The translations under genes and the position numbers were made by a program. A DNA stretch of 63,989 nt, filler included, from Octopus bimaculoides (Eukaryota): assembly GCF_001194135.2 (NCBI RefSeq). It is 9 parts of 8 records of this genome, joined end to end, with 100 filler letters (N's around TTAATTAATTAA, not from the genome) between each part and the next. Parts side by side here need not be neighbours in the genome. Positions count along the whole stretch, not along the records: positions 51,562 to 55,808 come from NC_069008.1; positions 55,909 to 59,094 come from NC_068983.1; positions 59,195 to 61,338 come from NC_069002.1; positions 61,439 to 62,694 come from NC_068994.1; positions 62,795 to 63,989 come from NW_026360856.1; 4 more parts are not named here. One strand, 5' to 3'. Below the pieces are notes generated by a model. That model had not been told where the DNA came from and searched no databases. It worked only from the letters and a program-made list of their open reading frames with translations. Numbering within the stretch: position 1 is the stretch's first letter; each line of letters begins with the position of its first letter. Positions 51,562 through 63,989 of this stretch are shown here, in pieces.

Positions 51562-54500
51562 TACGTACTTAGGTTTGTTCGTTCGTTTCTATCCTACGTA
51601 CGTACGGACGAACGTTCGTTCCTTCGTTCGTACGTACTTTCGTTCGTTCGTTCCTACGTACGTTCGTTCTTTCATTCGTACTTTTCGTTCTTTTCTTCGT
51701 TCGTTCGTACCTACGTTCGTTCGATATTTCGTTCGTACGTTCGTTCGTTCGTACGATTGTTTGTTCCTTCATACGTACGTACGTTTGTTCGTTCGTTGCT
51801 TCGTACGCACGTACTTTCGTTCTTTCGTACGTACGTACGTTCATTCGTTTGTTCGTTCGTTAGATCGGTCGTTCGTTAGATCGGTCGTTCGTACGTACGT
51901 ACGGTCACTCGTTCGTACGTACATGCGTACGTTCGTTCGTTAGTTCAATCGTTCATTCGTTCGTACGTACGTTCGTTCTTTTTTCGTACGTACGTACGTT
52001 CGTTCTTTTTTCGTACGTACGTACGTTCGTTCGANNNNNNNNNNATTCGTTCGTTTGTACGTACATACGTTCTTTCCTTATTCCCTGCCTACGTAATACG
52101 TATGATCGTTCGTTCATTCGTTCGTTCACTCGTACTTACGTACGTACGTTCGTTTCTTCGATCGTTCCTTTGTTCGTTCGTTCGTTCAATAGTTCGTTCA
52201 TTCATTCGTTCGTACGTACATACGTTCGTTCGATCGTTGTTTCTAACGTACGTTCGTTTGTTCGTTCGTTCTTTCCTACGTACGTATGTACGGACGAACG
52301 TTCGTTCTTTCGTACGTACTTACATATATATGTTCGTTCGATCGTTCTATCTTACGTACGTACTTAGATTTGTTAGTTCTTTCCTACGTACGTACGGACG
52401 AACGTTCCTTCGTTCGTTCGTACGTACCTTTGTTCTTTCGTCCATTTGTTCGTTCGATCGTTCGTTCGTACATACGTACGTTCGTTCGTACTTTCGTTCG
52501 TTCGTTCCTACGTACGTTCTTTCTTTCATTCGTACTTTTCATTCTTTCGTTCTTTTCTTCGTTCGTTCGTATGAACGTTCATACCTACGTCCGATCGATC
52601 GTCGTTCGTTCGATATTTCGTTCGTTATTTCGTTCATTCGTTCGTAGTACGTTTGTTCGTTCGTTCGTACGATTGTTCGTTCCTTCATACGTACGTTCGT
52701 TCGTTGCTTCGTACGCACGTACTTTCGTTCGGTCGTACGTACGTACGTTCATTCGCTTGTTCGTTCGTTAGATCGGTCGTTCGTACATACGTATGGTCAC
52801 TCGTTCGTACGTCCGTTCGTACGTACATGCGTCCGTACATTCGTTAGTTCAATCGTTCGTTCGTTCGTACATACGTTCTTACGTACGTACGTTCGTTCGA
52901 TCATTCATTCCTTCGTTCTTTCGTTCGTTCATTCGTTCGTTTGTACGTACATACGTTCTTTCCTTATTCCCTGCCTACGTAATACGTATGATCGTTCGTT
53001 CATTGGTTCGTTCACTCGTACTTTCGTACGTACGTTCGTTTGTTCTATCATTCCTTTGTTTGTTCGTTGGTACGTACGTTCCTTCAATAGTTCATTCGTT
53101 CGTACGTACAAATGTTCGTTCGATCGTTGTTTCTAACGTAGGTACGTTCGTTTGTTCGTTCGTTCTTTCCTACGTACGTATGTACGGACGAACGTTCGTT
53201 CGTTCGTGCGTACGTTCGTTCTTTCGTACATTTGGTCGTTCGTTCGTACGTACGTTCTTTCGGTCGTTTTTACGTACGTACGTTCGTTCTTACGTACATG
53301 CCTACGTTCGTTCGTTTGTACGTTCGTTCGTACGTACGTTCGATCGTTCTTTCGTATGAACTTCGTTCGTTCGTTCGATCGTACGTTCGTATGAACATTC
53401 GTTTGTTCGTTCGTACCTACGTCCGTTTGATCGATCGTTCGTTCATGCGTTCGTTATTTCGTTCGTACGTACGTTTGTTCGTTCGTTCGTACGATTGTTC
53501 GTTTGTTCATTCGTTCGTTCATACGTACGTACGTTCGTACGTACGTTTGCTCGTTCGTTCATGCCTTCGTTCGTTCATTCGTTCGTTCGTACGTACATAC
53601 GTTCTTTCCTTATTCCCTGGCTACGTAATACGTACGAACGTTCGTTCATTCCTTCGTTCCTTCGTTCGATCACTCGTACGTACGTTCGTTTGTTTGTTCG
53701 TTCGTTCGTACGTACTTACGTATATACGTTCGTTCGTTCGTTCGTACGATTGTTTGTTCCTTCATAAGTACGTACGTTCGTTCGTTCGTTGCTTCGTGCG
53801 CACGTACTTTCGGTCGTACGTACGTACGTTCATTCGTTTGTTCGTTCGTTAGATCGGTCGTTCGTACGTACGTACGGTCACTAGTTCGTACGTACATTCG
53901 TTCGTTCGTACGTACATGCGTACTTTCGTTCGTTAGTTCAATCGTTCGTTCGTTCGTACATACGTTCGTACGTACGTTCGTTCGATCATTCATTCCTTCG
54001 TTCTTTCGTACGTACTTACGTACGTACGTTCGTTTGTTCGATCGTTCCTTTGTTTGTTCGTACGTACGTTCGTTCAATAGTTCGTTCATTCATTCGTTCG
54101 TACGTACAGACGTTCGTTCGATTGTTGTTTCTTACGTACGTACGTTCGTTTGTTCGTTCGTTCTTTCCTACGTACGTATGCACGGACGAACGTTCGTTCG
54201 TTCGTTCCTACGTACGTTCGTTCTTTCATTCGTACTTTTCGTTCTTTTCTTCGTTCGTTCGTACCTACGTCCGATCGATCGTCGTTCGTTCGATATTTCG
54301 TTCGTTCATTCATTCATTCGTACGTACATTCGTTCGTTCGATCGTTCCTTTGTTCGTTCGTTTGTTCGTTCGTTCTTTCCTACGTACGTATGTACGGACG
54401 AACGTTCGANNNNNNNNNNNNNNNNNNNNNNNNNNNNNNNNNNNNNNNNNNNNNNNNNNNNNNNNNNNNNNNNNNNNNNNNNNNNNNNNNNNNNNNNNNN

Positions 54501-55808
54501 NNNNNNNNNNNNNNNNNNNNNNNNNNNNNNNNNNNNNNNNNNNNNNNNNNNNNNNNNNNNNNNNNNNNNNNNNNNNNNNNNNNNNNNNNNNNNNNNNNNN
54601 NNNNNNNNNNNNNNNNNNNNNNNNNNNNNNNNNNNNNNNNNNNNNNNNNNNNNNNNNNNNNNNNNNNNNNNNNNNNNNNNNNNNNNNNNNNNNNNNNNNN
54701 NNNNNNNNNNNNNNNNNNNNNNNNNNNNNNNNNNNNNNNNNNNNNNNNNNNNNNNNNNNNNNNNNNNNNNNNNNNNNNNNNNNNNNNNNNNNNNNNNNNN
54801 NNNNNNNNNNNNNNNNNNNNNNNNNNNNNNNNNNNNNNNNNNNNNNNNNNNNNNNNNNNNNNNNNNNNNNNNNNNNNNNNNNNNNNNNNNNNNNNNNNNN
54901 NNNNNNNNNNNNNNNNNNNNNNNNNNNNNNNNNNNNNNNNNNNNNNNNNNNNNNNNNNNNNNNNNNNNNNNNNNNNNNNNNNNNNNNNNNNNNNNNNNNN
55001 NNNNNNNNNNNNNNNNNNNNNNNNNNNNNNNNNNNNNNNNNNNNNNNNNNNNNNNNNNNNNNNNNNNNNNNNNNNNNNNNNNNNNNNNNNNNNNNNNNNN
55101 NNNNNNNNNNNNNNNNNNNNNNNNNNNNNNNNNNNNNNNNNNNNNNNNNNNNNNNNNNNNNNNNNNNNNNNNNNNNNNNNNNNNNNNNNNNNNNNNNNNN
55201 NNNNNNNNNNNNNNNNNNNNNNNNNNNNACGTATGATCGTTCGTTCATTCGTTCGTTCACTCGTACTTACGTTCGTTTGTTCGATCGTTCCTTTGTTCGT
55301 TCGTTCGTTCAATAGTTCGTTCGATCGTTGTTTCTAACGTACGTTCGTTTGTTCGTTCGTTCTTTCCTACGTACGTATGTACGGACGAACGTTCGATCGT
55401 TCGTTCGTTCCTAACTACGTACGTTCGTTCGTTCCTAACTACGTACGTTCGTTCGATCGTTCGTTCGTTTGTTCGTTCGTACCTACGTTCGATCGATCGT
55501 TCTTTCGTTCGATATTTCGTTCGTTCCTTCGTTATTTCGTTCGTTATTTCGTTCATTCGTTCGTACGTACGTTTGTTCGTACGTACGTTCGTTCCTTCCT
55601 TCCTACGTACGTTCGTTCGGTCGTACGTACGTACGTTTATTCGCTTGTTCGTTCGTTCTTTTGTTCTTTCGTTCGTTCGTTCGTTCATACGTACGTATGT
55701 TCACTCGTTCTTACGAACGTTTGCTCGTTCGTTCGTTCATGCCTTCATTCGTTCGTTCATGCCTTCATTCGTTCGTACGTACATACGTTCTTTCCTTCTT
55801 CCCTGGCC
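51562..55808. repeat. CpG-rich TTCG/TACG degenerate satellite with higher-order blocks
   Basis: Tetramer periodicity NNCG; rare marker words recur (TTAGATCGGTCG at 51876/52768/53849; TAGTTCAATCG at 51941/52845/53934; TTATTCCCTG at 52078/52964/53610); contains gaps and is bounded by gaps. Confidence 0.95.
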
Positions 55809-58800
55809 NNNNNNNNNNNNNNNNNNNNNNNNNNNNNNNNNNNNNNNNNNNNTTAATTAATTAANNNNNNNNNNNNNNNNNNNNNNNNNNNNNNNNNNNN
55901 NNNNNNNNTATACATATATACACACACATAAATTCTTTCATGCACAAACACAGACACATATACATATTCGTTTTAGTTCGCTCTATGTGTGATTATTCAG
56001 TAAGATTAAATTATACTTCATCTTTTTGATTACTTTAATTGATTTATCTGCTTTAAACAAATATACGTATGTACTTTATTACCTGTGTTTACTATTTAGA
56101 GTAAAGGAATTCATTTAAACATACATGCATACACAAGCAAGCGCGCTCTTTCTCACACACACACTCACTCACACACACATATATATATACACTTTGTGGT
56201 TGATGCTAGAAGCTCAAACTTTGTACTCGTGTGATATCAGATCATCTGCTTTATACCAGGGTACCCATAATCATAGCCACTGTTCTTCAGCAAAGTGAAC
56301 GAAGATAGAGTAACTGTCTGGAGGTGAATTCATATGGATTGTTTCCTATTGATTTTTTTTCAAGTGTATAGAGTCAATCGAACAGATTGTTGTATTGTTT
56401 GTCAATGGTCTCACCTCAGTAAATATAAATCTTATCTATAAACCGATTCGGAAAATATAGAACGGATTATCCATAATCCAGTCTGACGTGGTGTATTTGA
56501 AAGAATTGTTTGTAAACACTATATAGGAAGGGAAGTTAACATTGATAGAATGAAATTATTAAAATGAATGGAAGTAAACAATAGATTTATGTATACCTTC
56601 ATTTTTATTTTGCATATTTTCCGTTAGAATCATGAATCTATAGTGTATCAGCTATTACCATAAAAGGAATTGATGCTACATTGAAGCCAAAACAACGTGT
56701 GAAAATAAATAATATTCATTCATATGAGCTTTCAACTAGTTTTTATTCCTATACCAACAGAGAATATCTGCAGTACAGCATCGCACAACTTGATACTTTT
56801 ATATTGATAACGGGTCATTCTGCATTCGGTCAATACCACCTAACGGCCGAGACAACAAAGCAGCGTCTATATAGTCGCTTGACCTGAGAGAAATAGTAAC
56901 AACGTCTCATTCAAATAATACCCTTTAAAAAGAAAGAAAACATAGGATAATGTATATAGTTGTTTTTGTATTCAACAACGTTCATTCCCTACTATATCTC
57001 CACCGCATTGGGATAAATAGATCCACCACATCACTTTGAGATCCTGCTTGACTTTTATCGCAAAGAGGAACACCAGTTGATCTGACCGTGGAGAAAAACT
57101 TAAGTAATTAAATATAGTGATTTTTGCGCAACCGATTTACATCAATAATGCTATTTTGGTGATTTATTGAAATGACTATATTGATTATGTACCAAACAGC
57201 GGCAATTGTTCACTAAATCTAAAATATATTGCGAAGTGCATTTTTCTTTCGCAACAAACTAGACTGTAGCCTCATTGTGACAGATGCAAACATATTTTCT
57301 TTTCCCATGTAGCAAACGAAATATGAGACTGGTCAAATTGATTCCTTTTTCGGCTCACATAGAGGAGAGAGAAGACAACTCTTTATAAATGTTACAATCT
57401 GGCAACAGACAAAGTGCATTACAAAAGAAAAAATGTTTATTATGCATTACACTACAGATATAATAATAGATAACGTTATCCTAAATATATTAAGTCAGGT
57501 TATGACGTCTTAAATGCTTTTGGCCATACGCCTGTTGCAAGTGAGTTGACAGGAGATTCAAAACAAAGATGCTAACAGTGACACGGACTACCTATCTAAC
57601 CCAAGAATAAGAGCGCAACGCCGGCAGAAACTTATGAATCATTGACTGTACAATAATCTAGTTATTCTTTTACTGTTGGCTCTAAATTACGAAAGATTCA
57701 TGGATCCATCTTTCTAGATTAATGAGCTGTATCAGTATATGCCGGCAATTGAGCCAGACTGTATTATTTAACTTATTCGAGCATAGACAGAGATTTTTGA
57801 TAAACTAGTAGCACAATTAGAAAATAGTTTGTATCTACAAATTTACATTAGTCACATCATTTATGATGTACAAGCACGCATATGCATTTAAAGATCTTTA
57901 CGTACAGTAATCTACACACACACACACACAAACACAAACGCACACACACGCATAGATAGATGGTTGTACACACATATATATATATGATATGTATGTGTGT
58001 GTGTGTGTGTACACATATATAAATAAGATTATACATGTACAACTATACATACATATAAACAAGCTACTCATAGAATCCTGGATAAAAAAATAATATACGC
58101 GCATGCGAATGCGTATATAGCCGCACGTTCGCTGATTTATTAGTAAGCAATCTGGCACACATCGAGCCAGATATACGTACGAGTTAAAAATATGCATATT
58201 TAGCAAAAATAACACATGCATACAGCAGTGCATCCATATATGCACATACACACATCTCATGAATACACACGAAAACACAGGCATCCATATGAACATATAT
58301 ATGCATATATATACATGCATATATATGTAATGTGTGTGTGTGTCTGCGTTAGTGTGTGTGCGCGCGCGAGCGCGTGTGTGTGCTAAAATGTTCTTTTCGC
58401 TTAATATTCATATTTCATACGGGAGGTTATTTAAGAATAAATGAAATTAAAATATTGATTACTGATACAAAATTCTCAAAAGAAACAGAGATAAACTAAT
58501 TAGTTTCTAATTATCTTATTTTCCATTAACAAGTTTATATTATTACCTTAATTCAGTTTTCTGCATTAATGACGAATGATATATTTATCATGAAATTATA
58601 TATATTTTTGTCATATATATTTATGTATTTATTTTTCTTAATATGATATTTCGAAATACATTTAATATGTTTTCATATGTTTGAAAAATTATATTTTAAT
58701 AAAGAGAAATTGTTGGTAAACAAGTGTATGAGATGTGGGCGCGTTGTTTTGGCAATGTCCATCAAAGATTTACATCATTTTAACTACATCTTGATACACG

Positions 58801-59049
58801 AAGTAAGTAATGTGTACACAAACACACACCACACACACACATATATATATATATATACATGCACATATATATGTACACATACATATATACACATCTATAG
58901 GCATACTCAGAAACACATACGATATAAGATATTGTATAAGAAAAATAATTAACGAGGTATACATATATGCCTATAAAGATACAAGTGTGCGTGTATGTGT
59001 ATGCGTGTGCGTGCGCGCATCTGTATGTACATATATATATGTATGTATA

Positions 59050-59094
<45 letters not shown>

Positions 59095-59195
59095 NNNNNN
59101 NNNNNNNNNNNNNNNNNNNNNNNNNNNNNNNNNNNNNNTTAATTAATTAANNNNNNNNNNNNNNNNNNNNNNNNNNNNNNNNNNNNNNNNNNNNT

Positions 59196-59420
59196 CACGG
59201 CAGCGACCTGATTAATAATAATAATAATATAATAATAATAATAATAATAATAGTAACATCGATAGGAATGAGAACCCAGGTTCGAAATTTCCCCAAGACA
59301 CCTGACGAAGGTTGGAGGGTATATCAGCCGAAACGTTGTGTTAACAACAAACAAGATGAGGACGAATATCCGTCAAATGTAAATAATGTAAATAATTCCT
59401 CATCTCTTAAATATAGAACT
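59196..59420 (+). mobile_element. Composite tRNA-head/(AAT)n/hammerhead element (copy 2, head mostly in a gap)
   Basis: Begins TCACGGCAGCGACCTGA, matching the end of the copy-1 head (TCCAGGCAATGACCTGA), then (AAT)n and the shared tail. Confidence 0.75.
59297..59342 (+). ncRNA. Minimal type I hammerhead ribozyme with intact core
   Basis: Stem I GACAC(59297-301)/GTGTT(59338-42); CTGACGA(59302-08)+A; stem II GGTTG-gagggtatat-CAGCC(59310-29); GAAA(59330-33); loopless palindromic stem III ACGT; GUU triplet, cleavage after 59337. Confidence 0.7.
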
Positions 59421-59882
59421 GCATTAACTTAATGTAATTTACTTGAAGGTATGAATGACTTAAATTTACTTTTAACCTTTCCGTTCTTCTAAACACCTAC
59501 TAAATAAATAACTCACTTTGTAATTATGAGTGCACCAAACCTCGTGTGTGTGTATGCTCACATTTTTGCTAATGCTTGTATGAGCATGTGTACTCATGCC
59601 ATGCAGTTTACCTGAGAGCGTTCATACATCCATACCTGTTAACAGTTATTTTTAATACTTTTCTTGCTGGATTACGTGTTCGTTTCTCTTTTTGTCTTCT
59701 GCCATTTTATTTTTGATCTTCTGTATAAATGAAGATTTTTTCTTCCGTCTGGCTGTTTTTCTGTCTACAAAACAGAAAGTTACATTGTGGAACTGTCATT
59801 TTAATGAGTTGTTTTTATTTATTTATCACCCGACGAGATACATCTGCACCACCGGATACTCCTGAACCAGTTGTTGAGTGCC

Positions 59883-59929
59883 TCACCCAAGAGGAATTGA
59901 TGCTAGATGTGTCGAAACAATTGTCGTGA
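59883..59929 (+). ncRNA. Decayed hammerhead-like motif
   Basis: Stem I TCAC/GTGA, GAAA(59914-17), palindromic stem III ACAATTGT, GUC triplet; the CUGANGA half is degraded to CCAAGA. Confidence 0.4.
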
Positions 59930-59992
59930 TTAATAATAAATTCTCGTATATTCCATCTTCTGTCTTTCATTTGTTATATATATATATATATA

Positions 59993-60150
59993 TACAATGG
60001 ACTTCTTTCAGTTTCCGTCCGCCAAATCCACTCACAAGGCTTTTGTCAGCCTGAGGCAATAGTCGAAGATACTTGCCCAAGGTGCTACACAGTGGGACTG
60101 AACCTGGGATCATGTGGTTTGGAAGCAAGTTCCTCACCACATAGCCACGT
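59993..60150 (-). mobile_element. tRNA-SINE family B, 5' half
   Basis: Reverse complement of GTGGCTATGTGGTGAGGAACTTGCTTCCAAACCACATG..GGTTCAGTCCCAC..GTGGATTTGG. Confidence 0.8.
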
Positions 60151-61109
60151 CTTTGAACTTTAATTTCACAGCAAGCTGTTCCATTGATCAGATCAGCAGG
60201 AACTCTTATCATTGTAACAGAAAGAGAGTCGGTTATTTCACCTAACACTCCCTTTTACACTCACCTTTGCTGTTTCACCTCAAATAGTTCACTGAAGAAA
60301 GACAGGACAGTTAATTCTAGAAAGGTGTATTATATGTCTTTAAATAACACATGTCAGGTGCTCACTGTCGACATATATATAATTATATCATATATCATGT
60401 TGATAAATACTCTCTCTTCTCAATCTATAAGAAAGACTGCACAAACACAAGCTTTCTTCTTCCCTTCCATCCAGGCCAAACTGTAAGAAAAATATCTGCA
60501 TTTTGTGTCTATTTAATTGATGTAAGCATAACGAGTCTATCACATCTGTTATCTCTCTTTGGACATGACAATCTATATCCTGCCATACTAAAACAACAAT
60601 AGATTAATTTATACTGGTATGTCATATATTTTGGTACTCCCTCTCTGTCTGTCTTTCTTTCTTTCTCTCTCTGACTCCCTGTCTCTGTCTATCAGTCTCT
60701 CTCTCTATCTTACTCCCATTGTCTCTCTGTCTATCATGTTCTTTCTCCATATTTATAGGGTAAAGATCAATATTTTCTGAAATGTCAATTCATTAGTTGT
60801 TTCCATCGTGATAAATGGATGGTTCTTCATTTTCTAAGAACACACGAATTATTCAAGAACTAGGAATGGTATTCTTCTTTCAAGAGCCCACTTTCCTGTG
60901 ATGCCAGTCTCCCTACAGATGCTTACATCGTCTTAAACAAGTATTTAAATTTAATTCCAATTCACAGTGATAGCATCTCAGCAAGGGGCGATATTCTAAA
61001 ACGGTTCTAAGAGGAATTACTTCCATTGTAAATACAGCTTCTGCCTGAAATACAGCCTCTGTTTGGTACTTTGGAACAGAAGCTCAAAGTAACTATTATC
61101 GTTTAATCT

Positions 61110-61301
61110 CTTACTAATTACTCGTTTTAGTCATCAGACTACAGCCATGCTGGGGCACTGCATTGAAGAATTTCCGGTCAAAAGAATTGACCCTAATATT
61201 TTTTTAAACCCTGGTATGTATTCTATGGGTCTCTTTTGATGGACTGCTAGGTTGTGGGGACATGAACACATAGATGACAGTTACTAAGTTGTGGTGGGGA
61301 A

Positions 61302-61338
<37 letters not shown>
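61110..61338 (-). mobile_element. Old tRNA-SINE family B, 3' half
   Basis: GTTTTAGTCATCAGACTACAGCCATGCTGGGGCAC is the reverse complement of the family B tail. Confidence 0.6.
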
Positions 61339-62448
61339 NNNNNNNNNNNNNNNNNNNNNNNNNNNNNNNNNNNNNNNNNNNNTTAATTAATTAANNNNNN
61401 NNNNNNNNNNNNNNNNNNNNNNNNNNNNNNNNNNNNNNATATATATATATATATATATATATAGATTTATGTCTGTTTATGTGTGTATATATATGTATAT
61501 GTTTATGTATGTGTGTGCATAGACATACACACACACACATATATATATATATAGCAATGTAAAAACATTATAATTGCTTAAATTACATTCTTTTTTACAT
61601 TGTTATATGTACATTATTATAGTTTTACATTATAATTGTTTAATACGATTACATTTTTGATGGCTTAGTCAGAAGTGACTAGCGCCCATTTCAGCGCCTT
61701 CGAGACTTCTGAGAGGAAGACCTTGCACAGTATGGATTTTGCTAAAGACGCCTATAGACTTATTAGTGGAAATAGATTGAAAATAAATCTGGTGCTCATA
61801 CTGAGTACTCTGACAGCCTCTTACACAGTTTCTGTCGACTACATTTTCACTCATATGGTTTTCGCCTCCAATAGTTTAGCAGATGACATTTGTCTAAAAT
61901 ACTGTGCGGTAGGATCAAACATGAAACCACGAAGTAGCAAAGCCAAATTTGTAACCAAATGTCCATACCCGCGTCTGTTATTTAGACAAATTTCGTAGCT
62001 GCTTTTCAGTAATTGTTGTACGAGAAAAAGGGATTAGAATAGAGTTGAACTGGGGAGAAAGGAATGTATAATTTAAATAGTGACTTGCAGGAGTTATTAC
62101 AAATCTTGATAGCATCCGAAATGAATTAACTTATTTAAACGTATTCTTACCTAAACCTCCATCATTTGCCTCAGCATGTTTATTAATCAGAAACATTGAT
62201 TTATTCAACAAGGGAAGAAGATGATCTGCGGTGATTCTTTTTGTACCTGAAGAAGAAATTTGCATACACAAATTAGAGGGAGTAGATTTTAACATATATT
62301 CCAAAATAAATAATCAGCTCGGTTTCACTCGAGTTTACTTTAAAGGCAAATTTGCATATTAAATGATTTCTTGCATTGTTTTTCTTTTTGCCGTTCCCAG
62401 ATTTTGGATTACGGTTATAGCATAGCAACACCTTCTAGAGTTCCGTCG

Positions 62449-62493
<45 letters not shown>

Positions 62494-62643
62494 GCACGTT
62501 CTTCCAATCTGTACTGTTTTCTAGAACTCTGTATATTGAAGCGATAAGTTACACTAATCTTATTTTTCTCAAATGTGATTCGAAGAAAATATGATTTGTC
62601 TGTCTATTTACCTGTCTCTATCTGTCTGATTCTCTCTCTCTCC

Positions 62644-62644
<1 letters not shown>

Positions 62645-62694
<50 letters not shown>
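62645..62694 (+). repeat. (TTTC)n microsatellite
   Basis: Directly visible. Confidence 0.96.
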
Positions 62695-63420
62695 NNNNNN
62701 NNNNNNNNNNNNNNNNNNNNNNNNNNNNNNNNNNNNNNTTAATTAATTAANNNNNNNNNNNNNNNNNNNNNNNNNNNNNNNNNNNNNNNNNNNNGTGTAC
62801 CTGTCTTGTTGTCTCGAAAGTCAAGCGTAGAAACAGAAAGCAATGCAATCCGTTTAACAATGTCAAATACAAAACAAATACACAAATAAAATAAATAACT
62901 AAATAAAAGACAAACAAATGTATTCCATGCATCAGCTTCAAGAAACTGTAGAAGTGTGGTAAGCAGAAAGAGGAAGGTGTGTGGAACTGACGTCATTCAA
63001 TAAAATGTTTGTTAACAGTCGAAACAAAAAAAAAAAAAAATTGTTGAAGGTGACGGTGTCGATTTGTAAATCTAGTTGGTGATGCTTAATGTAAAATACT
63101 TGAGCTTCGTTGATGTTAGCAACTCGTTTATAATAAGAGAGAAGAGGAAAGACTTGATAAAAACCGCACCTTGTGCACTTTATTAGCTGGCGCGATGCTT
63201 TTTAAAGTACGAACCTGCCACATTGACGTACGTACGTACATGTTCTCTCTCTCACTCTCTAACACTTAACTGTGACGAGCAGATGGCAGATGCTTATTAA
63301 AATGTCTTGTAGCAATATTTTAGATACGGTTCTTTACGTTCTGATTTCAAATCATGCCGAGGTCAACTGGATGGTTGCGGATTGACAAGACACTTCTGTC
63401 GATTTCATAGAAAAATTTCT

Positions 63421-63810
63421 GCACAGGCGTGGCTGTGTGGCAAGACATTTGCTTGCTAACCACACGATTCTAGGTTCAGTCCCAATGCGTAGTACCTCGA
63501 GCAAATGTCTTCCATAATAGTCGTCGGGCCGAACAAAAGCTCGTGAGTGGATTCAGTAGATAGAAACCGAAAGAAGCCCGTCGTACACACAAACACACAA
63601 ACACACACACACGATGCATGCGTTTGTGTCCCACCTTCACTTGAGAACAGGTGTTGGTTTGTTTACGTCCTCGTAACCTAGCGCTTCAGCAAAGTAGATA
63701 AAAAAAAGAAGCATCAAGCTTAATACAAAGTAAGTCCTGGGGTCGGTTTGTTCGACTAAACCCTTCAAGGCTGTGCTCCAGCAAAGCCGCAGTCCAATGA
63801 TTGAAACAAG
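63421..63810 (+). mobile_element. tRNA-SINE family B, full length
   Basis: GCACAGGCGTGGCTGTGTGG head, GGTTCAGTCCCA B-box-like, central (CA)n, CTGGGGTCG..GTGCTCCAGC..TGATTGAAACAAGTA tail. Confidence 0.85.
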
Positions 63811-63942
63811 TATTTGTTCCTCTATAAGTCGCACCCGTAGTTTAATATTAAATCTTTGTACGAAATTAGTACACTGTCACGTAAGTCACACCTTAGTTTT
63901 TCTCAGTTAAAATCAAGAATAAAAATAAAACTTTTTATACAA

Positions 63943-63989
63943 GTAGGAGTGGCTGTGTGGTAAGTAGCTTGCTTACGAACCACATGGTT
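63943..63989 (+). mobile_element. Head of a family B SINE running off the window
   Basis: GGAGTGGCTGTGTGGTAAGTAGCTTGCTTACGAACCACATGGTT. Confidence 0.8.

Noticed and set aside
51562-55808. CRISPR-like appearance of recurring words with variable spacers
   Set aside because: No constant-length repeat or unique spacers, no cas genes, and a eukaryotic context.
51569-55864. Many long FVRS/RTNE-repeat ORFs
   Set aside because: They arise from a stop-poor tetramer satellite and from N runs; there is no evidence of coding.

Overview
AT-rich, repeat-dense eukaryotic DNA from a gapped short-read assembly. The SINE, LINE and microsatellite families look like those of Octopus; this is an inference from recalled repeat consensus, not a database hit. 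No complete host gene, rRNA, true tRNA or CRISPR array can be supported. The window holds decayed non-LTR retrotransposons (Tx1/L1-like ORF1, two RTE fragments, several R4/Dong-like fragments tied to (AAT)n), two mariner remnants, many tRNA-derived SINEs, microsatellites and a CpG-rich TTCG/TACG satellite of more than 4 kb with higher-order blocks. The most notable signal is six minimal type I hammerhead-ribozyme-like motifs from four sequence families, all on the + strand. One family sits in a composite element (tRNA-like Pol III head + (AAT)n + hammerhead tail; copies at 37.0 and 59.2 kb), a candidate ribozyme-bearing SINE mobilised by Penelope-like elements. Eight TTAATTAATTAA motifs inside 100-bp gaps are assembly linkers.
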